This document shows, piece by piece, positions 1-9,786 of a stretch of 64,000 nt of DNA. The translations under genes and the position numbers were made by a program. This DNA is from Candidatus Woesearchaeota archaeon (lineage in GTDB: Archaea; Nanobdellota; Nanobdellia; Woesearchaeales; UBA583): positions 992,001 through 1,056,000 of the forward strand of contig OZ242164.1 of assembly GCA_965205335.1 (NCBI GenBank). Direction: 5' to 3'. Numbering within the stretch: position 1 is the stretch's first letter; every line of letters starts with the position of its first letter. Under the pieces are notes generated by a model. It was not told where the DNA came from and did no database searches. It worked only from the letters and a program-made list of their open reading frames with translations.

Positions 1-336
1 TTTGTCATAGTACTTTTTTGTTAGATAGTTTTTTAATAGGGCAGGGAAATCAATCTTCCAGATTTTTACTGAGTTAAAGTCGTATTTTCTAAATGATTCT
101 TTTGAATTCCTTTCTCTGTTAGGATCGCCTAAGGCTCTTGAGAAGTTGCAGATTATTATCTGGTTTTTTGGGATTTTTTCAGATAATAGTTTGCTTGTTC
201 CAAAGTCTGAATAGTTTTTTAGAAGTCTGTAATTGTTTTTTTTAAATTGGGAACTTAGAAGTATTTTTAGATAGGATGGTATGTAGTAACTTCCATGAGT
301 TACTAGTATTAAAATGTTTTTTGGAACGGTCTCCAT
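1..336 (-). CDS. N-formylglutamate amidohydrolase-like protein (partial, runs off window start)
   Basis: Manual translation from ATG at 336: METVPKNILILVTHGS...SDFGT...NFSRALGDPNR; the HG and SRxxxDxNR motifs fit the FGase family. Confidence 0.55.
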   Translation of the reverse strand, partial: METVPKNILILVTHGSYYIPSYLKILLSSQFKKNNYRLLKNYSDFGTSKLLSEKIPKNQIIICNFSRALGDPNRERNSKESFRKYDFNSVKIWKIDFPALLKNYLTKKYYDK

Positions 337-464
337 AATTTATCTAAATGTGAGATGTTTATATATTTTTTCCCTTTTTTCTATGGGTTTAGATGGAAGA
401 AGTGATTTTTTAGAACTTATTATATATTTTAATGAAGTATATTATGTGGTATGAATTATCTTAA

Positions 465-479
465 GTTTCCACTGGAAAT
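465..479 (-). promoter_or_regulatory. Origin recognition box (ORB) candidate in AT-rich region upstream of cdc6 (putative oriC)
   Basis: gtttccactggaaat, reverse complement ATTTCCAGTGGAAAC, matches the archaeal ORB core TTCCAGTGGAAAC; about 85 bp upstream of cdc6. Confidence 0.65.
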
Positions 480-562
480 ATTAGATATTCTACTAAAGGT
501 GTGAGTACTATATACCATAGCACTAAACATTTATAAAGCTGTTAATTTGGATAATATTTCTA

Positions 563-1849
563 ATGGGAAATGACATTGAAAAAATACCTGATTCTTTAGA
601 TACACAAAGAGATGAATTAGATGATTTCTTTGAAGATTTTATGGAATCCAAGCCTATTTTCAAGGATAAGTCAGTTCTCCAGTCAAATCATAATCCTGAT
701 AAGATTTCACATAGAGAGGAATACTTAAAAGAGATTGCAAAAACCCTCGCCCCATCTCTAAGGTTAGAGAGGCCATCTAATATTTTTATATATGGAAAGA
801 CGGGAACGGGAAAGACATTGTGTGTTAATTATGTTTTAAATAAGATGTTAAATATTGCAAGTGCAAGAGAGATTCCTTTAAGGATTATTTCAATTAACTG
901 CAAGTTGAAAAAGGTTGCTGATACTGAATATAGGATTATTCTTGAAATTTTAAAAGAGTTGGGACGTGAAATGCCTTCAACTGGAATTTCAACAAATGAT
1001 TTGTATAAGGAGTTGTATAAGATGCTTGATTCAAGGAAACAAACTGTAATTCTTGCCCTCGATGAGATTGATGCACTTATCATAAAAGCAGGAGATGATA
1101 TTTTATATAATTTGACAAGAATTAACCCTGAGTTAAAGCAATCAGAGGTAACAATAATTGGAATAACTAATGATTTGATTATTATGGATATGGTTGATGC
1201 AAGAGTTAAATCATCTTTAAGTGAAGAGGAAATTGTTTTTCTGCCATATAATGCTATTCAGATTCAGGATATTCTAAATGATAGAGCAATTAAAGCATTC
1301 GTTGAGGGAGTTTTAGATGAGGAGGTAATTCCAAAGTGCTCTGCATATGCGGCAAGAGAGCATGGGGATGCGCGAAGGGCATTAGAATTGTTGAGGTTTG
1401 CAGGAGAACTTGCTGAGCGTTCTGGCAGTGAGAAGGTTCTTTGCGAGCATATTGATAGTGCTGATAAAAAGACGGAAAGAAACAGAGTCATTGATGTAAT
1501 AAAATCTCTGCCAAAACAATCCAAACTTGTAAATTATTCAATTATTAAGACTTCTATGCGAGAGAAACATAATCTTGTAACAAATAAGAAATCTCTTGTT
1601 ATTGAACCAACTACAACAGGAGCAGTGTATGATTATTATAATAAGTTAGCCAAGGATTTGAGGATTGCAACTTTATCTTCGCGAAGAATTTCAGACCTTA
1701 TTGTTGAACTTGATGTTTTGGGTATTATTAATTTTAGGATTGTTTCAAAGGGAAGGTATGGGCGAACAAGATATATTTCAGTTGGACTTCCTAAGAGTTT
1801 GTTTAGTGAAGTAATAAGTATTCTAAAAAAAGATTTGAATTTGGTTTGA
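563..1849 (+). CDS. cdc6: Orc1/Cdc6 replication initiator
   Basis: Walker A GKTGTGKT, Walker B LDEID, GDARRAL, C-terminal winged helix with SKGRYGRTR. Confidence 0.97.
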   Translation: MGNDIEKIPDSLDTQRDELDDFFEDFMESKPIFKDKSVLQSNHNPDKISHREEYLKEIAKTLAPSLRLERPSNIFIYGKTGTGKTLCVNYVLNKMLNIASAREIPLRIISINCKLKKVADTEYRIILEILKELGREMPSTGISTNDLYKELYKMLDSRKQTVILALDEIDALIIKAGDDILYNLTRINPELKQSEVTIIGITNDLIIMDMVDARVKSSLSEEEIVFLPYNAIQIQDILNDRAIKAFVEGVLDEEVIPKCSAYAAREHGDARRALELLRFAGELAERSGSEKVLCEHIDSADKKTERNRVIDVIKSLPKQSKLVNYSIIKTSMREKHNLVTNKKSLVIEPTTTGAVYDYYNKLAKDLRIATLSSRRISDLIVELDVLGIINFRIVSKGRYGRTRYISVGLPKSLFSEVISILKKDLNLV

Positions 1850-2028
1850 ATTATTCTTTGAATTAGAAGTGTTAGGATTTTAGAGTCATCAAAATTAGAT
1901 TTATTGTTATTACATTGTTTCATAATACTTATCTAATATTTTCCAAACGAGAAGTTTTATGATTAAGAAAAATTCACTTGGAATTTTAATTGGAGTTTTT
2001 GCTTTTTTATCTGTTTTTTGTTAAGAAA

Positions 2029-2544
2029 CTAAAGGAATAAGTAAGGGATAACCACATAAACTAGAATTTGACTAATTAATATCGGAATTAAATATAATGC
2101 ATATTTTACAAACTCTTTTTCTTTAAATAAAAAAATCAGGTAATTCAGATTAAAGCTTAACAAAAATAAAATTGAGTATAAAAGTAAATTTACATCAACA
2201 ACTGAAATAAAAGATTCTACCAGGGAGAGTTCAGCAGAAACTCTGGTAATTTCATTCATTATTCCAATAATTAGAACAAATACAGACAATAAAAATGCAG
2301 ATGTGATGATTGAACTCTTTAATCTAAATTCAAAACTATAATTAAATCCATCTTGTAACCATTTATATAAGAACCCAAAAGGCAGAGATATAATAATTAA
2401 GAAGATGTAATTTGTAATTGAACTTAAATCCCCAAATGAAATCCCAAATATAACTGCTAACATTATTAAAATATATAATATTAGAATTACAAAAGAGAGA
2501 AATAATTTGACTTTGCTTTTTTTGTTTGATTCTCTTCCTTCCAT
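2029..2544 (-). CDS. Hypothetical multi-pass membrane protein
   Basis: 171-aa ORF with about five hydrophobic segments. Confidence 0.7.
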   Translation of the reverse strand: MEGRESNKKSKVKLFLSFVILILYILIMLAVIFGISFGDLSSITNYIFLIIISLPFGFLYKWLQDGFNYSFEFRLKSSIITSAFLLSVFVLIIGIMNEITRVSAELSLVESFISVVDVNLLLYSILFLLSFNLNYLIFLFKEKEFVKYALYLIPILISQILVYVVIPYLFL

Positions 2545-2814
2545 TCTAATTTAGAAATTCAAATATATATGAATTTTTCCACGCATTATTAAAAGGAATG
2601 CTTTGTCAATAAGTGCAAATGCTAGAAAAACTCAATTATCTATTAATCTTAATATTATCACAATCCGAGATTAGTAAAGTGTTGGTCATAACTGCCGTAG
2701 TTCCCGAGCAACCTGCCCACACAAAAGATACACTAAGACACAATACTATTTCAAATTATTTTACCTGAAGAGTAGTATATAATTAATATAAATTCATTTT
2801 CTAATATAAAAATT

Positions 2815-4461
2815 ATGAGTGTAAAAGTTGCATATTTTAGTACTGAGATTGGATTGAAATCAGAGATTAAGACATATTCTGGTGGCTTGGGAATTTTGGC
2901 AGGGGATACAATTAAGGCGATGGCAGATTTGAATTTTCCATTCTGCGCCTTAACTCTCCTCTACAAAGAAGGGTTTCTTAAACAAAGAATAATTGATGAT
3001 ACTCAGGTTGAAGAGGATGATAACTGGGATTTTTTAAGTATATTAGAGGATACTCAAAAAGAATGTGAAGTGGAAATTGCAGGAATTCCAATTTATGTGA
3101 AAATCTGGAAATACGTGCATAAAGGGCTTAGAGGACATGAAATTCCAATATATTTTCTTGATACAGATTTGGAGAAGAATCCAAAATGGACTAAGAAAAT
3201 CACAAATAAGCTTTATCAGGGGAACAGGTTATATCAGGAAATTGTTTTAGGGATTGGAGGAATTAAAGCATTAGAAGTTCTTGGGCATAATGAAATTGAA
3301 AAGTATCATATGAATGAGGGACACTCATGTTTTTTAACACTGCAGCTTTACAAAGATTTAGGAGAGAAAAATGGTTGGGATGGTGATGCCGTAAGAAAAA
3401 AATGTGTATTTACAACTCATACTCCAATTCCTGCAGGACATGATAAATTTGATTATAAGCATGTATATGAAGCGTTTACAGATGATACTAAATTAATACC
3501 TTGGCATATTGAGAAAATCGCAGGTTTTAATGAATTAGATACAACAAAACTTGCAATGAGTTTTAGTTCTCATATAAATGCGGTTTCAAAAATCCACTGC
3601 AAAATAACTAAGGAAATGTTTCCAGATTTTGATATTCATTATATTACAAACGGGGTTCACTGCGAGTCATGGGCAAGTTCATATATGAAGGAGGTGTTTG
3701 ACAGGAACATCAAAGGGTGGAGAGATGATTATACTAAGTTAACCAAAATATTTAGTGTGCCAAATGAAGAAATATTAGATGCTCATCTAAAAGCTAAGCA
3801 TGATATGATTAAATTTGTTAATGAACATAATATCATAGATAGTAAGTTAAAAGAGGGAGTTTTAACAGTTGGGTTTGCAAGAAGATTTATTGAATATAAG
3901 GATGCAGAATTAGTTTTTAAGAATCTTGACAGGTTAAAAGAGATAGGAGATAAGGTGCAGTTTGTATTCTCAGGCAAAACTCATCTAAATGATGGGATGG
4001 GAAAAGCAATTATGAAAAAGGTCATAGAATATGCAAGAGAATTAAAGAATGATGTTGCAATTGCATTTATTGAGAATTATGATATGAATATCGGGAAGAT
4101 TCTTGTTGGTGGATGTGATTTATGGCTAAACACTCCCATTCCATACCATGAGGCATCAGGAACATCAGGAATGAAAGCCGCAACGAATGGATGTTTGCAT
4201 TTTTCAACTCTTGACGGTTGGGCAATCGAGAGTTTTGAGAGAAATGGAGGAGGATTTCCAATTTATACATATGAGGATTTAATTACAACTCTTGAATATA
4301 AGATAATCCCAAAATTCTCTTGTGAGTTATCAACTGCATGGGTGTCTGAAATGAAACTTGCAATAGGGAATTCCGCTTCATATTTTAATACTCATAGAAT
4401 GGCAAAAGAGTATATTGAAAAGACGTATGAGATGGATATTAATGATTTTAATCAACCATAA
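2815..4461 (+). CDS. glgP: Alpha-glucan (glycogen/starch) phosphorylase
   Basis: YSGGLGILAGD, HMNEGH, FTTHTP, FARRFxxYK, EASGTSGMK (PLP lysine) motifs. Confidence 0.95.
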   Translation: MSVKVAYFSTEIGLKSEIKTYSGGLGILAGDTIKAMADLNFPFCALTLLYKEGFLKQRIIDDTQVEEDDNWDFLSILEDTQKECEVEIAGIPIYVKIWKYVHKGLRGHEIPIYFLDTDLEKNPKWTKKITNKLYQGNRLYQEIVLGIGGIKALEVLGHNEIEKYHMNEGHSCFLTLQLYKDLGEKNGWDGDAVRKKCVFTTHTPIPAGHDKFDYKHVYEAFTDDTKLIPWHIEKIAGFNELDTTKLAMSFSSHINAVSKIHCKITKEMFPDFDIHYITNGVHCESWASSYMKEVFDRNIKGWRDDYTKLTKIFSVPNEEILDAHLKAKHDMIKFVNEHNIIDSKLKEGVLTVGFARRFIEYKDAELVFKNLDRLKEIGDKVQFVFSGKTHLNDGMGKAIMKKVIEYARELKNDVAIAFIENYDMNIGKILVGGCDLWLNTPIPYHEASGTSGMKAATNGCLHFSTLDGWAIESFERNGGGFPIYTYEDLITTLEYKIIPKFSCELSTAWVSEMKLAIGNSASYFNTHRMAKEYIEKTYEMDINDFNQP

Positions 4462-5263
4462 GACTTCCTCCATATGCCTCAATGGGAAAGTCTTTTTGGA
4501 CAAATTCTATTTTGCATTCTGTGTTATTGAAATACTGCATTAGAGATTTTTCAAATAAATTTAAAGAATGTAGAAAACCTCCAGCTATGAAAATTTTATT
4601 CAATTCAAGGGTTTTTGATAGGGATAAGAGAACAATCCCCAAATTCCCCCCAAATTCTTCAAATATTAGTTTAGATTCATTCTTAAAGGAATGCAGTTCA
4701 TGAACATTAGAGATTTTTAAACCCATTTCTTTTGCTTTGTTAAGTAAAAATCTTTTTGATATTTTATCTTCAATTGAATAATCAGAGTGAAAAAAATTAG
4801 TGTGGGAAAAATCAGAACTGAAATCAGATTTTGTATATAATTTTCCATTGATATACAGGCTTATTCCTATTCCAGTTCCAAGAGTTATAAATGCTATATT
4901 CTTATCGTGAATTGATTCTTTTAATGCGTAGTAAAGAAGATATGAGTCATTGCAAACTTTTACTAAACATTTATATTTTCGAGAAACCACATCATTGATT
5001 CCATAGCCGTTTATTATTTTTAAGTTTGGGGCATCAAGCACAATTCCTTTTTCAACTCTTCCACAAACTCCTACACCAATTCCATTTATTTTATAATCTT
5101 TTCTTAAATCATCAATTATTTTAAATAAGACTTTTTCAAAGTTTGCTATGTTATCATTTGGTGTTTTAGTTTTAATTTTTCTTACAATTATATTAGAACA
5201 TCTTAAAACTCCTTTAATATTTGAACCACCAATGTCTATACCGATATAATATTTTTCATTCAT
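4448..5263 (-). CDS. ROK family sugar kinase
   Basis: IGIDIGGS, CND and TLGTGIG motifs. Confidence 0.85.
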   Translation of the reverse strand: MNEKYYIGIDIGGSNIKGVLRCSNIIVRKIKTKTPNDNIANFEKVLFKIIDDLRKDYKINGIGVGVCGRVEKGIVLDAPNLKIINGYGINDVVSRKYKCLVKVCNDSYLLYYALKESIHDKNIAFITLGTGIGISLYINGKLYTKSDFSSDFSHTNFFHSDYSIEDKISKRFLLNKAKEMGLKISNVHELHSFKNESKLIFEEFGGNLGIVLLSLSKTLELNKIFIAGGFLHSLNLFEKSLMQYFNNTECKIEFVQKDFPIEAYGGSLMVD

Positions 5264-5266
5264 TTT

Positions 5267-5638
5267 TTAACTATAAGAATTCCTAAGAGTTTGTCTTTTA
5301 TATGGTCTATATTGCCAAGTTTCTAGGATATAATCCAGAACATCTCTACAATAGCGAAACATATAAATTGCAATTCTATCTGTTTCTTCTTCTGTTCTAC
5401 TCAAATTAAAATGATCATCTCTGTAATGAACAAATTCATGTAGCAATATTATTAATTCATCGTCCAAGTTCTCACAATTTCTTGGGAAAATTTTTATCCT
5501 TTCTTCACTTCTATCATACAACCCTTTTAATTCTTTTATTTTCTGCTCTTTTCCATAATAAATTTTACTAATATCAAAATATTCATCTATAAATAGTTTA
5601 AATACTTCTTCTTTGGTTACTGTTTCTAATCTACTCAT
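5267..5638 (-). CDS. Small zincin-like metallopeptidase-domain protein
   Basis: LLHEFVH (HExxH) followed by an acidic EEE segment. Confidence 0.55.
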   Translation of the reverse strand: MSRLETVTKEEVFKLFIDEYFDISKIYYGKEQKIKELKGLYDRSEERIKIFPRNCENLDDELIILLHEFVHYRDDHFNLSRTEEETDRIAIYMFRYCRDVLDYILETWQYRPYKRQTLRNSYS

Positions 5639-5770
5639 CCTCTATGTTTTGTATCATTTTAATTTTTTGGTAAAGGTGTTTTTCTACCTTTTATATAGAT
5701 AAACCCTCTTATAGTTTTTCTATGTATTAAGAAATCTTGATTTGAGATATTATAAATGTTTTGTAAAATA

Positions 5771-5898
5771 GGCTCTGTCCATAAATTGTTTTTTCCAAAA
5801 TCTATGCTAAGTATATTCAATCAAAGAAAGAAATTATTTATCAAAAGTTGCTTTATTGATACAATATTTTAAGTTCTCTTGAATTTATGGACAGAGCC
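5771..5898 (+). mobile_element. 128-bp MITE, copy 1
   Basis: Perfect 17-bp TIR ggctctgtccataaatt; 8-bp target duplication gtaaaata on both sides. Confidence 0.92.
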
Positions 5899-5993
5899 GT
5901 AAAATATTAAAATAAAAAATGCTTATAATTGTACATTTATTTCCTAAGTCTTTAATGCTACAGTCTGCTAAAGAATATAGATTTTTAGTTAGA

Positions 5994-6182
5994 TTATTTT
6001 TCTTTTTTGTAAACTTCTAATTCAAGTTTTCCTTTGTCATATTCTTCTTGGGCTATTTTTACGTAGTCCTTTGAAATCTTTACTCCCTTTGAAACTTTAA
6101 CTTTGGGTTTGTCGCCCTGAGCTAATTCAAGGGCTCTTGCTGATAGTAATCTTGTTTTCTCAAATTTGTTTAGTTTTTCCAT
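5994..6182 (-). CDS. rpoK: RNA polymerase subunit Rpo6 (K)
   Basis: KFEKTRLLSARALELAQG motif; start placed at MEKLNK (6182). Confidence 0.92.
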   Translation of the reverse strand: MEKLNKFEKTRLLSARALELAQGDKPKVKVSKGVKISKDYVKIAQEEYDKGKLELEVYKKEK

Positions 6183-6186
6183 TTTT

Positions 6187-6684
6187 TTATTCACTTTCTT
6201 TTTTTTCTTCCTCTGCATGTTCTAAAACTCTAATGTCATCAATTGTCATTGTTATTGGAATCGGAACAGCCATATTTATCGGTTCAACAACAACTCCCTC
6301 TTTACCTGGCACCACACGTACAACTCTTGCCCTATCACCTTTGAAAGGACCTACAATTATTTCAACAATATCTCTCTCAGATACCATTATCTGCTCCATG
6401 CCTTTTTCAAAGTATTTCTCAAGGTCTTTAAAATCAATTTGATCTCTTATTACACCTTTGCTGTTAGGGACCCCACGGGTTGCATCAATTAGTTTGGTTA
6501 GAGATTCAACTTCAGCAAAAACATATCCTTTAATGTTCTCAACTCGAAATACGCTGTAAATTCCATGGTCTTCTTTGCTTAACAGGGATTTTTGCAAAGA
6601 ATCCAAGAATTTGTCTTCGCGACCAATAGATGTTCTGACTACATAATATTCATGGTTCTCTTTTGTATCATTCTCACTATCCAT
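6187..6684 (-). CDS. spt5: Transcription elongation factor Spt5
   Basis: NGN domain (KGYVFAE) plus KOW (VEIIVGPFKG); downstream of secE. Confidence 0.95.
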   Translation of the reverse strand: MDSENDTKENHEYYVVRTSIGREDKFLDSLQKSLLSKEDHGIYSVFRVENIKGYVFAEVESLTKLIDATRGVPNSKGVIRDQIDFKDLEKYFEKGMEQIMVSERDIVEIIVGPFKGDRARVVRVVPGKEGVVVEPINMAVPIPITMTIDDIRVLEHAEEEKKESE

Positions 6685-6685
6685 T

Positions 6686-6958
6686 TTATCCGAGTAATCT
6701 CTTTAATATGTTGCGCATGTCCATTCTTTTAGTAAAGAATAATCCAAAGGTAGAGAATAGTCCTAGGCATTTTTCTTCTTCTCCAAAACATCCCTTTAAT
6801 AAGAACTGCCATAATAATTCAATAATAAAGCCAATTAATCCAATTACTAAGAAACCTATGGCAACAATTTTTAAGGTTAGAAAATAATCTTTTTTAGTTG
6901 GCTTTCTTGTAACCTTCCATACTCTTTTCATATCAGAAATGCTTTTTGCTATGTTCAT
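6686..6958 (-). CDS. secE: Protein translocase SecE/Sec61-gamma
   Basis: RVWKVTRKPT followed by TM GFLVIGLIGF; short C-terminal extension. Confidence 0.9.
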   Translation of the reverse strand: MNIAKSISDMKRVWKVTRKPTKKDYFLTLKIVAIGFLVIGLIGFIIELLWQFLLKGCFGEEEKCLGLFSTFGLFFTKRMDMRNILKRLLG

Positions 6959-7067
6959 TTATTTTTATTTAAAGAAGTTTTTGAGAAATACTAAAAACTA
7001 ACTCTCTAAACTCTTTGTATATAAAAAACTATTTCACATTTATAAAATTTGTTATAGTTAGGTTCTG

Positions 7068-8009
7068 TGTGTAGTGCCATGACATATGTCACCACCTCAA
7101 CTTTCTCTGAAAGTTGTCAAACTCATAAGAAGGAGTTTGACTAAATAAGCTCTGATGAGGTCTAAAAACATTATATCTATACCTAAATAACTCTAGATCA
7201 TTGTTGCAATACCCAATTTCCCTGTCAATTGTTCCAAACAAACGTTCCACTTTTCCGTTTGTTTGAGGACGGTTAACTTTAGTTCTAATGTGCTTAATCC
7301 TTCTTCTTTGACACCATTTATCGAACTTAGACTTCTTACTTCTAAGTCCATATGGTGCTCCATTATCACTGATTATTTGAGTAGGATTTCCAAATTTCTT
7401 GATTAAATTATCAAGAAATTGTGTTACAATTGGTGTTGTAACAGTTGGAACATGTAAAATACCTAAACAATAACGAGTGGCATCATCAATGACCGCAATT
7501 ATTTTACCTTTTTCACCAAATTCACTGTCATCAATGTGCCAAAGTGAATTTGAGTGTTTACGTTCGAAACGAACGTATTTAATCAGAGACCCTCTATTTC
7601 CCTCTTTACGAGTTAAATGATTCTTTCTAAGAACTCTATTAATGGTTCTCTCTGAAATATCCAGAATAGGCAGGAAGTTATGAAGCTTTTTAGATCCCCA
7701 ACCAGTTTTATATCGAAGATTTAAAATTGCTTTCTCATCTTCTAAAGTAACTTTGTAATAGATCTTGTTTGGTCTTGTAGACTTATCTTGATAATCCCAT
7801 ATTTCTTTCTCAAAACGGTGTTGCCAACGTTTTAAAGTACGAATACTTACAAAGTATTTGCACTCCTCAGCAAGTATTTTCTTGCATTTAGAATAAGAGT
7901 TTTGTTTAACTCTTAGCTTTATGAAAACTTTCCTAATTTCGTATTTTTTCATAAAGTTAACAAGAATTGTTAACTTTTAGATTGGTGACATATGTTATGG
8001 CACCACACA
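7068..8009 (-). mobile_element. IS481-family insertion sequence, apparently intact
   Basis: 27-bp TIRs starting TGT (tgtgtagtgccatgacatatgtcacca, 2 mismatches) enclosing a transposase. Confidence 0.9.
7089..7952 (-). CDS. IS481-family DDE transposase (rve integrase core)
   Basis: WHID, IDDATR, SDNG, PQTNGKVER, YNxxRPHQSL motifs. Confidence 0.95.
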   Translation of the reverse strand: MKKYEIRKVFIKLRVKQNSYSKCKKILAEECKYFVSIRTLKRWQHRFEKEIWDYQDKSTRPNKIYYKVTLEDEKAILNLRYKTGWGSKKLHNFLPILDISERTINRVLRKNHLTRKEGNRGSLIKYVRFERKHSNSLWHIDDSEFGEKGKIIAVIDDATRYCLGILHVPTVTTPIVTQFLDNLIKKFGNPTQIISDNGAPYGLRSKKSKFDKWCQRRRIKHIRTKVNRPQTNGKVERLFGTIDREIGYCNNDLELFRYRYNVFRPHQSLFSQTPSYEFDNFQRKLRW

Positions 8010-8020
8010 TGTAGTTTTCA

Positions 8021-8148
8021 GGCTCTGTCCATAAATTGTTTTTTCCAAAATCTATGCTAAATATATTCAATCAAAGAAGAAAATTACTTATCAAAAATCA
8101 TTTTATTTATACAACATTTTAAGTTCTCTTGAATTTATGGACAAAGCC
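8021..8148 (+). mobile_element. 128-bp MITE, copy 2
   Basis: 11 substitutions versus copy 1 by manual count; TIRs retained; 8-bp target duplication agttttca. Confidence 0.92.
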
Positions 8149-8260
8149 AGTTTTCAGATAGGTTTATAAAGTTCTTACTTTAAAAAAAGAAATTATTGAT
8201 GTCTTAAAGCAATTCTAATTAAAATATATAACTTTTTATATAGTATATAACACACAATAC

Positions 8261-8911
8261 TTAACTTTTCCTAACCAATTCACAGATTTTTTCCACCTGC
8301 TCATCAATGCTCATATCTGAGTTGTCTATTTCTATGGCATCTGGACTTTTAATTAATGGGGATATTTCTCGGTTTTTGTCCTGAAAATCTCTTTTCTCAA
8401 TGTCTAATCTGACTTCTTCAAAAGTTTTACTAAATCCCCTCTTCTTAAAATCCTCTAATCTTCTTTTTGTTCTCTCTTCTAATGATGCTGTCAAATATAT
8501 TTTCAAACTTGCATTAGGGACTATGAATGTTCCTGCATCCCTACCATCAACAATGCAATCACAACTATTAGTTATGCGTCTTGCAATTTTATTAGCAAAT
8601 TCACGAACAATTCCTATTTTTGCATAATCAGATGATAATTCGCATATTTTAGGGTCTCTTATTTTATCATGAACTTCTTTGCCATCTAAAAGAAATCCCC
8701 AATTCTCCCCTAATTCAATTTTTAAATCTTTAAAACTTGCCCCATTAACATTTGAAGGTAGAATCTTCTTTTGGTTTAGATAATATGTAATAATTCTGTA
8801 TATTGCTCCTGAATCAATGTATTTTATGCCTAATTTTTTGGCAACTAATCTTGAAACTGTTCCCTTTCCTGATGCAACAGGCCCATCCACTGCAATAATT
8901 AAATGGTTCAT
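8261..8911 (-). CDS. cmk: Cytidylate kinase, bacterial type
   Basis: IAVDGPVASGKGT, DSGAIYR, DGRDAGT, RDxxDxNRxxSPL motifs. Confidence 0.93.
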   Translation of the reverse strand: MNHLIIAVDGPVASGKGTVSRLVAKKLGIKYIDSGAIYRIITYYLNQKKILPSNVNGASFKDLKIELGENWGFLLDGKEVHDKIRDPKICELSSDYAKIGIVREFANKIARRITNSCDCIVDGRDAGTFIVPNASLKIYLTASLEERTKRRLEDFKKRGFSKTFEEVRLDIEKRDFQDKNREISPLIKSPDAIEIDNSDMSIDEQVEKICELVRKS

Positions 8912-8923
8912 AAAACCTCACTC

Positions 8924-9583
8924 TCATGCAAAATCCAATTTTGCTTTATTGTAATTCTCGGCTTCTTCTAAACTTATAAATCTTGGGTCTTTATTCTCTT
9001 CTGTTTTTTTGGGTTTTGAAAATCTTTTAACAAATTTCTTTCTTCTTGAAAGCAGATAATAAGCATACGCAAAGCCCACAGCCATTCCAACTAAATGAGC
9101 AAAATTCGCTGTATTATTTGGCATATAAGTTCCCAATAAATCATAGATTACATATATTACCCCCAAAAACCACATAGGCATTGGTATAACAAAAAACAAT
9201 AGAACTTTAAGTCTTGGAAAAAATACAATCGTTGCTCCGATAATTCCCATAACTCCTGCTGATGCTCCTAAAAATGAATCATATATGAAACTCCCAAATA
9301 CTGCCGCTAAAATACCTGCACCAAAATATAGCATCAGAAATCTTCTAGTTCCGATTTTTGATTCAAGCAAAGAACCAAAGATAATTAAGGCAAACATGTT
9401 AAAGAACAGATGATAAAAATGTGCATGAGCAAACATATATGTCACAAATGAAAAAGGATTAAAGACTTCATTTGACGATGAAAAAATCAATAAACCTCCT
9501 AAATTGGGAATAGTTAAAGTCAAGACAAAAATAAATACGTTCGCAATAACCAATGAAAAGACGGCACTTCTAAAATTAATCAT
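8924..9583 (-). CDS. Rhomboid intramembrane serine protease
   Basis: HLFFNM, GASAG (Ser), AHLVG (His), multiple TM helices. Confidence 0.92.
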   Translation of the reverse strand: MINFRSAVFSLVIANVFIFVLTLTIPNLGGLLIFSSSNEVFNPFSFVTYMFAHAHFYHLFFNMFALIIFGSLLESKIGTRRFLMLYFGAGILAAVFGSFIYDSFLGASAGVMGIIGATIVFFPRLKVLLFFVIPMPMWFLGVIYVIYDLLGTYMPNNTANFAHLVGMAVGFAYAYYLLSRRKKFVKRFSKPKKTEENKDPRFISLEEAENYNKAKLDFA

Positions 9584-9786
9584 ATTTTAAATTAATTCAA
9601 ACTTTTTTAAAAATCTTTGTTTTGTGTTTTTCTCTTCTTAATTTCCAATTATAATTTGTTTGAGAGATATATTTAATTGAAAAAATTAGAAAATTAGATA
9701 AAAATTATGAAAAAAGATATAATAATTCTAAGATTGATGAAAAAATTTAACTTAAATCTTTTAAAATCATATTTATCTCTCCCTTT

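Noticed and set aside
1971-1985. Second ORB downstream of cdc6 (ttcacttggaa)
   Set aside because: Too degenerate to support
2690-2735. SRP RNA, 5S rRNA or TPP riboswitch identity for the GC-rich island
   Set aside because: Only short partial matches (GAGCAAC, GGTCATA, AACCTG); key conserved elements are missing
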